Below are positions 1-8,307 of a DNA stretch of 21,824 nt, piece after piece. Source of the stretch: Candidatus Latescibacterota bacterium (GTDB lineage Bacteria > Latescibacterota > UBA2968); assembly GCA_038279365.1 (NCBI GenBank), contig JAYODI010000093.1, positions 1 through 21,824 of the forward strand. Direction: 5' to 3'. The notes under the pieces are model-generated. The model was given only the letters and a program-made list of their open reading frames with translations, did no database searches and had not been told where the DNA came from. Each line of letters starts with the position of its first letter. Position 1 is the first letter of the stretch. A program made the translations under genes and the position numbers.

Positions 1-55
1 TTCACTGATTCTCACGTTTGGCGTTTCACTGATTCTCACGTTTGGCGTTTCACTG
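1..55. repeat. 24-bp direct tandem repeat TTCACTGATTCTCACGTTTGGCGT, about 2.3 copies, runs to the window edge
   Basis: 1-24 and 25-48 are identical; 49-55 (TTCACTG) starts a third copy and contains the stop codon of the EEP gene. Confidence 0.9.
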
Positions 56-1252
56 GGTTTTGAGTTCTAAATCAACCACAATAGGCGAATGGTCCGATAC
101 GGGCTTTTCTTGCCACAAAGGAGTGTCTATCACTTGTGGTGGTTCATAGCCATTTGTGGAGTGGGTGACGATGTTGATATTTTTGCCAGCAAACCAATCT
201 AAGCGCAGTGGAACACGTCCGTTATAGCGGGTAAGTTTGCGGCGTATGAGGTGCAATATAAATGTGGGAATGCGATATTGTTTGAGTTTGGCTTCAAATA
301 TGGGGTCGTTGATGTCGTAATATAGGGTGCCTTGGGTGAGGTTGTTACATGTTTTGTAATCAAAGCCATTTTTTTCAATGGCTTGAAAGAGAGGTTTTTC
401 AAAGTATGTATCGGGTCTGAGGTAGTGGCGAATGACGCGGTGAATGCCCAAAAAGGCTTTGAAAAACAGTGAGGCAAAGAGGTGTTTTTTGCTGCGTAGA
501 TCATACGTGACCGTGTTGAAGTCTCCGCCGATTAAGGCGCCATCGGCAGTGCTTTGTGAGAGGGCTTGCAACAGGGTTTGTATTTGAAGACTGCGCTGAG
601 TGGGCGAGGTGGCCAATTCAAGGTGTGTGACGGCAAAGTCGAGTGTGTGTTGCCCAATGGGTATGGTGCAAATGAGTCCTTTTCGGCAGCCCAATCGTTT
701 TTCCAGATCGTTGAAAATATCTCTAAACATAGGGAGTGACACAACGCGATAGGATTGAATGGGAAATTTGGAGAAGATGCAAATGCCGTGTAAGGAGAGG
801 GTGTTGGGCAGATGATGACTTTGTTCACCAATGTCGCCTTTTTCAAGGGCGAGAAAGCAGTTGGCAAATACATAGTTCATGCCCAATGCATCGGCAATTT
901 CTTGGGGTATGTTGCGGTTGTCTGTGCGCCCCATACCCATGTCGGTTTCGGTGATGAGGAGGATATCGGCTTTGGCAAGTGTGGGATTGGTTCTCATAAG
1001 GTGGATGACGCCATCCACTTTAAGACCGCGCTCAATGTTCCAGGCAACGACGCGGATGTGTTTGGGTGTTTCGGGGCCCGGTTGGGTGTTGCGCCACGCG
1101 ATGCCGTTGATGATGCGTTCAATTTCTGGACCATGTGTTTGATAAAGGGGTGACGATTTGAGGCTTTTGAGTGTGGCAAAGCTTTTGATGGCTTCAAAGT
1201 GGGGTGCAAGATTGTGTGTGAGGGTTTGTTCTGATGTATCAAGTGGGGTCAC
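50..1252 (-). CDS. Endonuclease/exonuclease/phosphatase (EEP) family protein
   Basis: 400-aa ORF, GTG start. EEP motifs in order: VVAWNIERG, LLITETD, THLE, IGGDFN, RLDWF, VSDHSPIVVDL. Confidence 0.85.
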   Translation of the reverse strand: MTPLDTSEQTLTHNLAPHFEAIKSFATLKSLKSSPLYQTHGPEIERIINGIAWRNTQPGPETPKHIRVVAWNIERGLKVDGVIHLMRTNPTLAKADILLITETDMGMGRTDNRNIPQEIADALGMNYVFANCFLALEKGDIGEQSHHLPNTLSLHGICIFSKFPIQSYRVVSLPMFRDIFNDLEKRLGCRKGLICTIPIGQHTLDFAVTHLELATSPTQRSLQIQTLLQALSQSTADGALIGGDFNTVTYDLRSKKHLFASLFFKAFLGIHRVIRHYLRPDTYFEKPLFQAIEKNGFDYKTCNNLTQGTLYYDINDPIFEAKLKQYRIPTFILHLIRRKLTRYNGRVPLRLDWFAGKNINIVTHSTNGYEPPQVIDTPLWQEKPVSDHSPIVVDLELKTQ

Positions 1253-1261
1253 GTTTATTTC

Positions 1262-2434
1262 CTAAAGTTCAATCGGTTTTGCATTTTGGCGCGATAAAGG
1301 GCTGAGGTAATAAACAAGGCCGAATAACCAAAGGACCGCCACACAAAAGATCATGGCCCAATCAAGGTTCATGTCGGCTATAACACTGGAAAGATAAACA
1401 CAAACGGCAATGCCCAAGGCGTTTCCAAAGGCGGTGCCAAAGTCGAGCAAATGACTTGCTTGGGGGGGAATGAAGCGTGTTGCTTGGGCATAAAAAGTGG
1501 CCCAGGTGCTGGAGTAGAGCACACCGATACCAAATAGGCCCACAAGGTGAATGGTGAGGCTGGTTTCTTGAATGGCGAGAAAGATGGCAAATCCAAATAT
1601 CAGACAGATGCCAATGATGGTGTTGTTGCTGATGCGCCCACTGAGATAGGCAAAAATAAAGCGGCCTACCACGAGGCCAAATAAGTGAAAGGTGAGCAAG
1701 AGGCTGGCATTTTGGGCGGTGTAGTGATGAACGGTTTCATAATAGAGTGGCACAAGTGCAGCAAAGGCCACATCGCCACCAGCAATAAGGCCAAAAGGTA
1801 AGATGCAGAGCCAATAAGTGGGTGATTTGAAAATGTGGTTGTGGAAGGTTTGTTTGGGTGGCTCGGGGTGTGTGTGGCGTTTTTTGTAGTAATAGAATGC
1901 GAGAAGTATGATCAAGGTGATGGCTGCAACGGCTAAAAAACTCAATCGCCAACCAATGAGGAGACAATAGGCTGCTATGAGGGGGCCTGCCACTTTGCCA
2001 ATGCCATTAAACCCGTGTAGGAGTGTGACCCCTCGGGCTGGGTTGTCTGTCCAGAGGTCTGCGCTGATGGTGTTGCATACCGAGCCCATGACAATGCCGA
2101 GTGTGACACATGTCCACCCCAAGGCGAGTACGATGGCATTGGGCGCAAGGTAAAGGATAATAAAGCCTATGATTTGGATGAATAGGCTGATGATGAGGGC
2201 GTTGAGGTTGTTGAGGCGTTTGAGGCGTGTGGCCACGGCGAGCACGGACACTGAGCAGATGATTTGGATGAGGGCAAAAGCCGTACCAAATGTCTCGTGC
2301 GATAGATCGAAGGTTCGCTCAATAGAGAGGCGATTGGGGCCAATGAGTGCGGCACCAATGAGGCCAAAGAGAAACATCCAGGCCATAATCAATGCGCCGA
2401 GGTGGGCTTTTGCGGGTGTGTGTGGTGGGTTCAA
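1262..2434 (-). CDS. Major facilitator superfamily transporter (FucP/TsgA-like)
   Basis: 390 aa with about 12 hydrophobic segments; LHGFNGIGKVAGPLIA and GLVVGRFIFAYLSGR resemble MFS loop motifs. The TTG start overlaps the higA TGA (TTGA, 2431-2434). Start position uncertain. Confidence 0.8.
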   Translation of the reverse strand: MNPPHTPAKAHLGALIMAWMFLFGLIGAALIGPNRLSIERTFDLSHETFGTAFALIQIICSVSVLAVATRLKRLNNLNALIISLFIQIIGFIILYLAPNAIVLALGWTCVTLGIVMGSVCNTISADLWTDNPARGVTLLHGFNGIGKVAGPLIAAYCLLIGWRLSFLAVAAITLIILLAFYYYKKRHTHPEPPKQTFHNHIFKSPTYWLCILPFGLIAGGDVAFAALVPLYYETVHHYTAQNASLLLTFHLFGLVVGRFIFAYLSGRISNNTIIGICLIFGFAIFLAIQETSLTIHLVGLFGIGVLYSSTWATFYAQATRFIPPQASHLLDFGTAFGNALGIAVCVYLSSVIADMNLDWAMIFCVAVLWLFGLVYYLSPLSRQNAKPIEL

Positions 2435-2739
2435 GTGAGGGTTTCAACGTGTTGGGATTTATGATGATAGTTGGTCACTTTTTTTAGGTCAATGGATTGT
2501 CTGACTTGCCATAAGTTGTACTGGTCTTGCATATTGAGCCACAATTGGGGTGAGGTGTCAAATGCGTGTGCGAGTTTAATGGCCATGGTGGGGCTGATAC
2601 CTGCTTTGCCATTGACAATTTGTGACAATTGTTTTTGTGAAATATTCAGCCCTTTAGACGCCTCAGTGATGGAAAGTCCGAGTGGATTGAGGTAATCTTC
2701 TCTGAGGATTTCTCCTGGATGTGGCGGATCATACATCAT
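2431..2739 (-). CDS. higA: HigA family antitoxin (Xre-type HTH)
   Basis: PPHPGEILREDYL...LSITEASKGLNISQKQLSQIVNGKAGISPTMAIKLAHAFDTSPQLWLNMQ is the typical HigA/VapI signature; lies downstream of higB. Confidence 0.92.
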   Translation of the reverse strand: MMYDPPHPGEILREDYLNPLGLSITEASKGLNISQKQLSQIVNGKAGISPTMAIKLAHAFDTSPQLWLNMQDQYNLWQVRQSIDLKKVTNYHHKSQHVETLT

Positions 2740-2763
2740 GAATGCTGTCCTTTTGCAAAATGA

Positions 2764-3042
2764 TTAATGGTAATCGCTATAATCTACATCAAAAAACTCG
2801 CCAGCGTGGAAACGGAATGTAATGCGCCAATTGCCGCTAACAGATACAGCCCATTCGCCTTGTCGTTCACCTTTTAATGGGTGCAACGCATAACCGGGAG
2901 CATCCATGTCTTTCATTTGGGTTGCGTTATCCAAATGAAATAAGATGCGACGTATTTTTTTAACGTGTTGTGGGTTTATGCCACGGCTGTTGTTTTCTTC
3001 ATAGAGGCGCTTTAAGCCACGATGTTTAAAGCTTTGGATCAT
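2764..3042 (-). CDS. higB: HigB family toxin (RelE-like, plasmid maintenance killer type)
   Basis: MIQSFKHRGLKRLYE...GYALHPLKGERQGEWAVSVSGNWRITFRF...VDYSDYH; toxin-before-antitoxin order is characteristic of higBA. Confidence 0.93.
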   Translation of the reverse strand: MIQSFKHRGLKRLYEENNSRGINPQHVKKIRRILFHLDNATQMKDMDAPGYALHPLKGERQGEWAVSVSGNWRITFRFHAGEFFDVDYSDYH

Positions 3043-3047
3043 CTTTA

Positions 3048-3076
3048 TGTATAACCTATTACGTAGTAGGTGTCAA
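3048..3076 (-). promoter_or_regulatory. Sigma70-type higBA promoter with a palindromic operator in the spacer
   Basis: Minus strand reads TTGACA (3076-3071), 17 nt, TATACA (3053-3048). Palindrome ACCTATTACGTAGTAGGT (3054-3071, 16/18 symmetric) fills the spacer. Only 5 nt separate the -10 from the ATG. Confidence 0.7.
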
Positions 3077-3203
3077 TGACATAAATTTTCTTGTCATGTT
3101 AGCGCATTCTTTCTATATCAAAGTGGGGTTTTTATGTGCATCCCTTTTTGGGTGTATGTGAAAACCTTTTCTTTGTGAGGTGTGTCTATTAAATACAGTG
3201 AGT

Positions 3204-3286
3204 AGGAAGAAGAAAGAAGAAAGAAGATAAATAACTCGGTTCTGTTCTTCTTTCGTCTTTCTTTTATCGTCTTTCTTTTTCCTTTT
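3204..3286. repeat. Inverted pair of degenerate heptamer arrays (AGAAAGA-type)
   Basis: Left arm AGGAAGA AGAAAGA AGAAAGA AGATAAA (3204-3231). Right arm (about 3245-3286) reads on the minus strand AGGAAAA AGAAAGA CGATAAA AGAAAGA CGAAAGA AGAA. About 13-nt spacer. Confidence 0.75.
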
Positions 3287-3297
3287 AAAGGTTGTGT

Positions 3298-6200
3298 ATG
3301 CAGTCGGAAAATAAAAAAAGAACATCCCTTTTGCCTAAAATATCGGTAACACGTCCTGTTACGGTGACCATGTGTTTGATTGGTTTGATGGTGATTGGTA
3401 TTGTGGCTTATGCGCGTATTCCGATTCAGGCATGGGCCTCTGGCAATAATTGGAATTGGTTCTATGTGGATGTGAATCAAGACAATGCGTCTATTCAAGA
3501 GCGTTTTAATACAATTGCCCTTCCTTTAGAACGCCATATGCGTACCTTACGCGATTTGGGCGATATTTTTGCCTTTAGTGGCGATCCGTGGGCTGGGGTT
3601 GAGTTGGGTTTTAAACCCGGCACGGATATGCGATTGGCCTATGCACGTACTTCAGATCGTTTGGAACGGGCCAAGTTGGAGTTGCCTGAAGAAGTGCGTG
3701 ATCGCATTAAAATTTATTCTTGGAATCAAGAAACCGATTCTGAGGTGGTTTGGTCAGGATTGTCGATACCCGAAAATATTGAAAATAAAGAACATTGGGT
3801 GCAAGCTCACGTGTTGGACCCTTTGGAGCGGGTAGATGGTGTGGCCAAGGCATCGGTGTGGGGGTTAGATGACAAAGAAGTGATGGTTTTGGTTGATCAA
3901 GATCGGCTTGGCACACACAGCATTGAGACACACGAGTTGGTTGCCGCTTTGCGTCAAGACAATTTTGCTCTTTCAGGGGGGCAAATTAGCGAAGGTGGCA
4001 AACGGTATTATGTGCGGTCTTTGGCCCATTATCGCTCTTTGGATGAAATTAAGAATATTCCTATTCGGGGGGTTGGTTCCGAGCAAGAGGTTCGTTTGCG
4101 CGATGTGGCCGATGTGATCTTAGGCTCTGAAGCACGCGACCGGGTTTGGCGAGTCGATGGCAAGACCAACTTGGGTTTGGATGTGTATAAGGAGTCGGGG
4201 CAAAATATCGTCGATTTGTGCCAGCGTGTGGTAGAGAAGATGGATGAGATTGAGGCCACCACCGATGCCGATTTTCACGTGTTTTATAGTGAAGGTCAGT
4301 TAATCGAAAATTCGATGAACAATCTCAAAGAGACCGGTTTGTGGGGCGGTTTTTTTGCCGCTTTGGTTTTGTTGTTTTTCTTGCGTGCGGTTCGTATGAC
4401 GGCACTGATTACCCTGTCGATTCCTTTGTGTGTGATGATGACGGTGACGGTGCTGTATTTTGTGGGGTGGTCACTCAATTTGTTGACCATGATGGGGTTG
4501 ATGGTAGGGGTGGGCATGGTGGTCGATAATGCCATTGTGATTGTGGAAAATATCTATCGGTTGCGTGCTATGGGTGAAAAACCACACGAGGCTGCCATTC
4601 ATGGCGCCAGTGAGGTGGGGCTGGCCATTACCATGGCCACATTAACCACTGTTGTGGTTTTTGTGCCGATGATGTTGATGAACGAGAGCCATTTTATGAA
4701 GTTTTTGCTCTCCAAAATTGGGTTGCCTGTTGTGTTTGCACTGGTGTCTTCTCTTTTTGTGGCATTGATTTTTATTCCTTTGGCAACCAAAAGATTTGGT
4801 GATGCCACGGTGCGACCCGATCCCAAATCAATTGGGTGGTTGCGCACCAAATACCGCCAAGGTTTGGCTTGGACGGTGCATCATCGGCGCGATACCCTTT
4901 TGATGGTGGTGGTTTTGTTTGCGACCATTTGGTGGCCGATTAACCAGATTAAAAAGACAGATCAAATGCAATTTTCTTCCAATCGGGTAACGGTGCGTAT
5001 GTGGGGCCCCAGAAATTTAACATTGGAGGAGATGGATCAAATTGCAGGTGATTTGGAGTCTTTTATTGATGCGCGTCGTAAACGTTATAAAGTTTCCAAT
5101 GTGATGACGTTTTTTAGACGGGGCTATGTAAATGTGCGCCTGAATTTAGAAGAAAACCCCAATCAGGATTGGTGGTTTCCTACGTATCAATGGCTTCGAA
5201 AGACCGCAGGATTTGATATTGATCAGTGGATGACACGCAAAGAAGTGATTGATGAGTTAAATAAAGACGTGCCTCGTTATGTGGGTTTTCGGGTGGCTGT
5301 GGAGTCTAACAGTTCTGGTGGCAATGACCCCAATGTGCGTGTGTATTTGTATGGAGATGATTTTGAGAAATTGGAAGAGATGATGGAAGAAGTTGAGCGA
5401 CGTTTGTCGGGCATTCCATCGGTGACAGAATTGGAAAGTGATTTGGAGTTTGGCAATGAAGAGGTGCGTATTCGCATTGATCGCGATAAGGCCAAACGGC
5501 ACGGTATTACGGGTGAGACGGTGAGTCAAACATTGGCTTATCAGCTTCGCGGGGCACAATTGCCACGTTTTCAGAAAGATGATCGCGAACTCAATGTGCA
5601 ATTGTTGTTGGATGAAGCCGATCGGCAATCTTTGACGCAGTTGAAGAACTATATGTTTATTACAGATGAAGGAGAGAAGTTGCCTTTGTCATCTTTTGCC
5701 AATTTTGAAATTACCAAAGGCCCACAACATATTATGCGTCATAATGGGCGCAATCGGTTGCGTGTAAGGGTTTACACAACCAAGAAGGATTTGGACGGGT
5801 TATACACCGAAATTGATCAGGCCATGGATGGTTTTGACTTACCACGTGGTTATGAGTGGAATAAGGGTGAGCGATATACACAGTATACACGTGAGAGCGA
5901 GGCGATGAAGTTTGCCATTATCATGGCCATTACGTTTGTGTTTTTGTTGATGGGTATTTTGTTTGAGTCGGTGATTTTGCCGTTTGCGGTGATTTTGTCC
6001 ATTCCGTTTTCATTTTTGGGTGTGTATTGGGGGTTGTATGTGACCAATACAACGATGGACTTTATGTCGCAAGTGGGTTCTATTGTTTTGATTGGTGTGG
6101 TGGTCAACAATGCCATTGTGTTGGTCGACATGATCAATCGGTTGCGCATATCGGGCATGGATCGTGATGCGGCCATTTTAGAGGCCGGGTTTAATCGTTT

Positions 6201-6468
6201 TCGGCCCATTTTGATGACGACTTGCACCACGGTGTTTGGTCTTTTGCCAATGGCCATTGGCAGTTCAACCATGATGGGCATGCCGTATGCGCCATTGGGT
6301 ATTACGATGATGGGTGGTTTGCTGGTGTCTACATTGTTGACGTTGTTTGTGATTCCACTGTTTTATATGTTTTTAGACGATTTGCGCTTGGCACTTCAAC
6401 GTCTGGCAAGGGGGGCATTTCGTCGGTCGGATGGTGTTGTAGATGATCGGGTACAAGCTGCAGATTGA
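3298..6468 (+). CDS. RND efflux transporter permease subunit (AcrB/AcrD/AcrF family)
   Basis: About 1056 aa with two large periplasmic loops; motifs SVTRPVTV, GMVVDNAIVIVENI, GVVVNNAIVLVD, RFRPILMTT, LFVIPLFY. ATG at 3298 follows AAAGG (ORF track start is 3292). Confidence 0.92.
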   Translation: MQSENKKRTSLLPKISVTRPVTVTMCLIGLMVIGIVAYARIPIQAWASGNNWNWFYVDVNQDNASIQERFNTIALPLERHMRTLRDLGDIFAFSGDPWAGVELGFKPGTDMRLAYARTSDRLERAKLELPEEVRDRIKIYSWNQETDSEVVWSGLSIPENIENKEHWVQAHVLDPLERVDGVAKASVWGLDDKEVMVLVDQDRLGTHSIETHELVAALRQDNFALSGGQISEGGKRYYVRSLAHYRSLDEIKNIPIRGVGSEQEVRLRDVADVILGSEARDRVWRVDGKTNLGLDVYKESGQNIVDLCQRVVEKMDEIEATTDADFHVFYSEGQLIENSMNNLKETGLWGGFFAALVLLFFLRAVRMTALITLSIPLCVMMTVTVLYFVGWSLNLLTMMGLMVGVGMVVDNAIVIVENIYRLRAMGEKPHEAAIHGASEVGLAITMATLTTVVVFVPMMLMNESHFMKFLLSKIGLPVVFALVSSLFVALIFIPLATKRFGDATVRPDPKSIGWLRTKYRQGLAWTVHHRRDTLLMVVVLFATIWWPINQIKKTDQMQFSSNRVTVRMWGPRNLTLEEMDQIAGDLESFIDARRKRYKVSNVMTFFRRGYVNVRLNLEENPNQDWWFPTYQWLRKTAGFDIDQWMTRKEVIDELNKDVPRYVGFRVAVESNSSGGNDPNVRVYLYGDDFEKLEEMMEEVERRLSGIPSVTELESDLEFGNEEVRIRIDRDKAKRHGITGETVSQTLAYQLRGAQLPRFQKDDRELNVQLLLDEADRQSLTQLKNYMFITDEGEKLPLSSFANFEITKGPQHIMRHNGRNRLRVRVYTTKKDLDGLYTEIDQAMDGFDLPRGYEWNKGERYTQYTRESEAMKFAIIMAITFVFLLMGILFESVILPFAVILSIPFSFLGVYWGLYVTNTTMDFMSQVGSIVLIGVVVNNAIVLVDMINRLRISGMDRDAAILEAGFNRFRPILMTTCTTVFGLLPMAIGSSTMMGMPYAPLGITMMGGLLVSTLLTLFVIPLFYMFLDDLRLALQRLARGAFRRSDGVVDDRVQAAD

Positions 6469-6493
6469 TGATTTGGTAAATGCGCTGATGCAT

Positions 6494-6533
6494 AAAGCCT
6501 GTGTCGATAGATGACACAGGCTTTTTTCTTTTT
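6494..6533 (+). terminator. Rho-independent terminator after the RND gene
   Basis: Stem AAAGCCTGTGTC / GACACAGGCTTT, 7-nt loop, followed by a T-rich tract. Confidence 0.85.
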
Positions 6534-6606
6534 GTTCTAACGCCAAATGTGATATTTTGTGGCGAGTGAAATGATGTATCTCAAATTACGAATTGAGGAG
6601 TGGAGT

Positions 6607-7374
6607 ATGAAAATTTTAACGCCCGAACAAAAACAGTTTTTTGACGACAATGGTTATTTGGTTGTGCCCAAGATGTATTCAAGTGATGAGATGGTGGAAA
6701 TGCGTGCGCAGTTTCACGATTTGATCACAAATACCGAAGGACGGCCTAAAGCGATGACGTATTCGTATATGGAGGCGCATCCTGAATATGGCATTGATCC
6801 GTATAATCCTAAGAATGTCAAGGGGATGATGGATCAGCCTTTGGCCAATGATTATTGGTTTAATCATGTGACAGACCCACGCATAGTGAATGCATTTATA
6901 GATTTATTTGGACCTGACATCGATTTTCACAATGGTAAGGTGCGCAACAATCCACCAGGTTTTTTTAATGATCAAAGTTGGCACCAAGATTGGCCTTATG
7001 AAAAACACTCGGTGCCCGAGTTGGCGGCGGCTATTACCTATTTAGACGAGACGGATGCCGATTTGGGGGCGACTTCGGCGGTGAAGGGTAGTCATCTGAA
7101 GGGCGAGTGGGAGACATATAGGGGGCACACCATTGCAGATGAGTTGATAGATCCCAATTTGGTGGAGGTGGTGAAGGCACAGCCCGGAGATGTGTTGTTC
7201 ATTCATGTGTTGGTGGTGCATACGGCAGGGCATAACTACAGCAAACAATCGCGGCATAAGATTATTAATGAGTATAAGACCAAGGCTGCCGTAGATTGTT
7301 GGGGCAACAAGTGTGCGTTTGCGGGGATGCCTGTGGCACGCGGCGGTGAAGTGGTCATTCCGCAGATATCTTAA
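6607..7374 (+). CDS. Phytanoyl-CoA dioxygenase (PhyH) family Fe(II)/2-oxoglutarate oxygenase
   Basis: LTPEQKQFFDDNGYLVV start, WHQD (HxD), GSH, PGDVLFIHVLVVHTAGHN..SR (distal His and 2OG Arg). ATG at 6607 follows GAGGAG/GGAG. Confidence 0.88.
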   Translation: MKILTPEQKQFFDDNGYLVVPKMYSSDEMVEMRAQFHDLITNTEGRPKAMTYSYMEAHPEYGIDPYNPKNVKGMMDQPLANDYWFNHVTDPRIVNAFIDLFGPDIDFHNGKVRNNPPGFFNDQSWHQDWPYEKHSVPELAAAITYLDETDADLGATSAVKGSHLKGEWETYRGHTIADELIDPNLVEVVKAQPGDVLFIHVLVVHTAGHNYSKQSRHKIINEYKTKAAVDCWGNKCAFAGMPVARGGEVVIPQIS

Positions 7375-7651
7375 GCCTATTTACAGATTTGTTGTGGCTA
7401 TAAATGTGAGGTTGAGGAATGGGTTTGTCTGGTTTGATTTTTTGTAAAATTAGGATTGGATTATAAATTTGCAAAAAAGGCATAAGGTTCTGTTAAATCG
7501 TCATTTACATGCTTGTGCAAATTACTTGTGTGGCGTGGAATATGCAATGCAGTTGCAAGCCTATCCATTGCGTGGCAATTTTATGGAATTTTTTGGCTGG
7601 TTTGTTGGTGAAGCCCCCCAAAGGGCAAATATTGGAGGCTTGTTGTGATGT

Positions 7652-7918
7652 TTATACGGGTTGCTTTGGAGGGCGTGCGGGGCTCCCTGTCAGCATCCCT
7701 TCTGCGCTAATGTCTTCATCAATATCAGGCCAGTGTACACCTTGACCATCGCCGATAAGTTCATACTTTGCGCGCTGTTCGGGTGTTGCATCTAATAGTC
7801 GCCAGGACCAAGCAAGTGGCACACTGATGGTTCGGCCATCCATTAAATGGGCCGTGATGAGTGCGTTTGTCACGCTAATATCTTTGATACGCGGTTCAGT
7901 ATTATCCACAGTGTTCAC
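7652..7918 (-). CDS. DUF2442 family protein (putative antitoxin)
   Basis: LMDGRTISVPLAWSWRLLDATPEQRAKYELIGDGQGVHWPDIDEDISAEGML is the DUF2442 pattern. GTG start at 7918 follows GGAGG and overlaps the end of the DUF4160 gene. Confidence 0.85.
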   Translation of the reverse strand: MNTVDNTEPRIKDISVTNALITAHLMDGRTISVPLAWSWRLLDATPEQRAKYELIGDGQGVHWPDIDEDISAEGMLTGSPARPPKQPV

Positions 7919-8138
7919 GCCAGGCCTCCAAGAGAATGACGTCATTTTTTTGAATCAACTGACGAATTGTATTGAGTTCGTGAGGTGAAAAGCCCCAGTT
8001 TTTGCATAAAGAAATAGGATCAAGCCAAAATTTACAGGTCATCTTGTCCCGTGTAATATGCACATGACGCGGTTCATTGCAATCAAAACTATAAAAGAAA
8101 AAACGATAAGGACCTTGAATGTTTTTGATTGTTGGCAT
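7902..8138 (-). CDS. DUF4160 family protein (putative toxin)
   Basis: MPTI..GPYRFFFYSFDCNEPRHVHI...CKFWLDP....NWGFSPHELNTI...LLEAWREH is the DUF4160 pattern, in the usual tandem with DUF2442. ATG at 8138. Confidence 0.85.
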   Translation of the reverse strand: MPTIKNIQGPYRFFFYSFDCNEPRHVHITRDKMTCKFWLDPISLCKNWGFSPHELNTIRQLIQKNDVILLEAWREHCG

Positions 8139-8307
8139 ATAGGGACTTTTATCACCAGATAAGAAAAAACTACGGAATATAGAACAAAAGATCAACCTGA
8201 AAGAATGGATGTGAGCGTTTCAAAAACAATATAGTCAGTAAATGATTATCATGCCAAAAAGTGAGGGATTTTGTGGACTTTGGAAAAGATGTACAAGAGG
8301 TGTTTGT

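Noticed and set aside
1..55. CRISPR array
   Set aside because: The 24-bp units are directly adjacent with no spacers, and no cas genes are present.
3113..3498. Minus-strand ORFs 3113-3325 and 3118-3498
   Set aside because: Low-complexity K/R-rich translations of the heptamer repeats and antisense of the RND start.
7509..7745. 78-aa plus-strand ORF
   Set aside because: No RBS, atypical composition, overlaps DUF2442 antisense.
2431..8138. Integron cassette array (TA genes as cassettes)
   Set aside because: No integrase and no recognisable attC sites with paired RYYYAAC/GTTRRRY ends flanking the TA genes.
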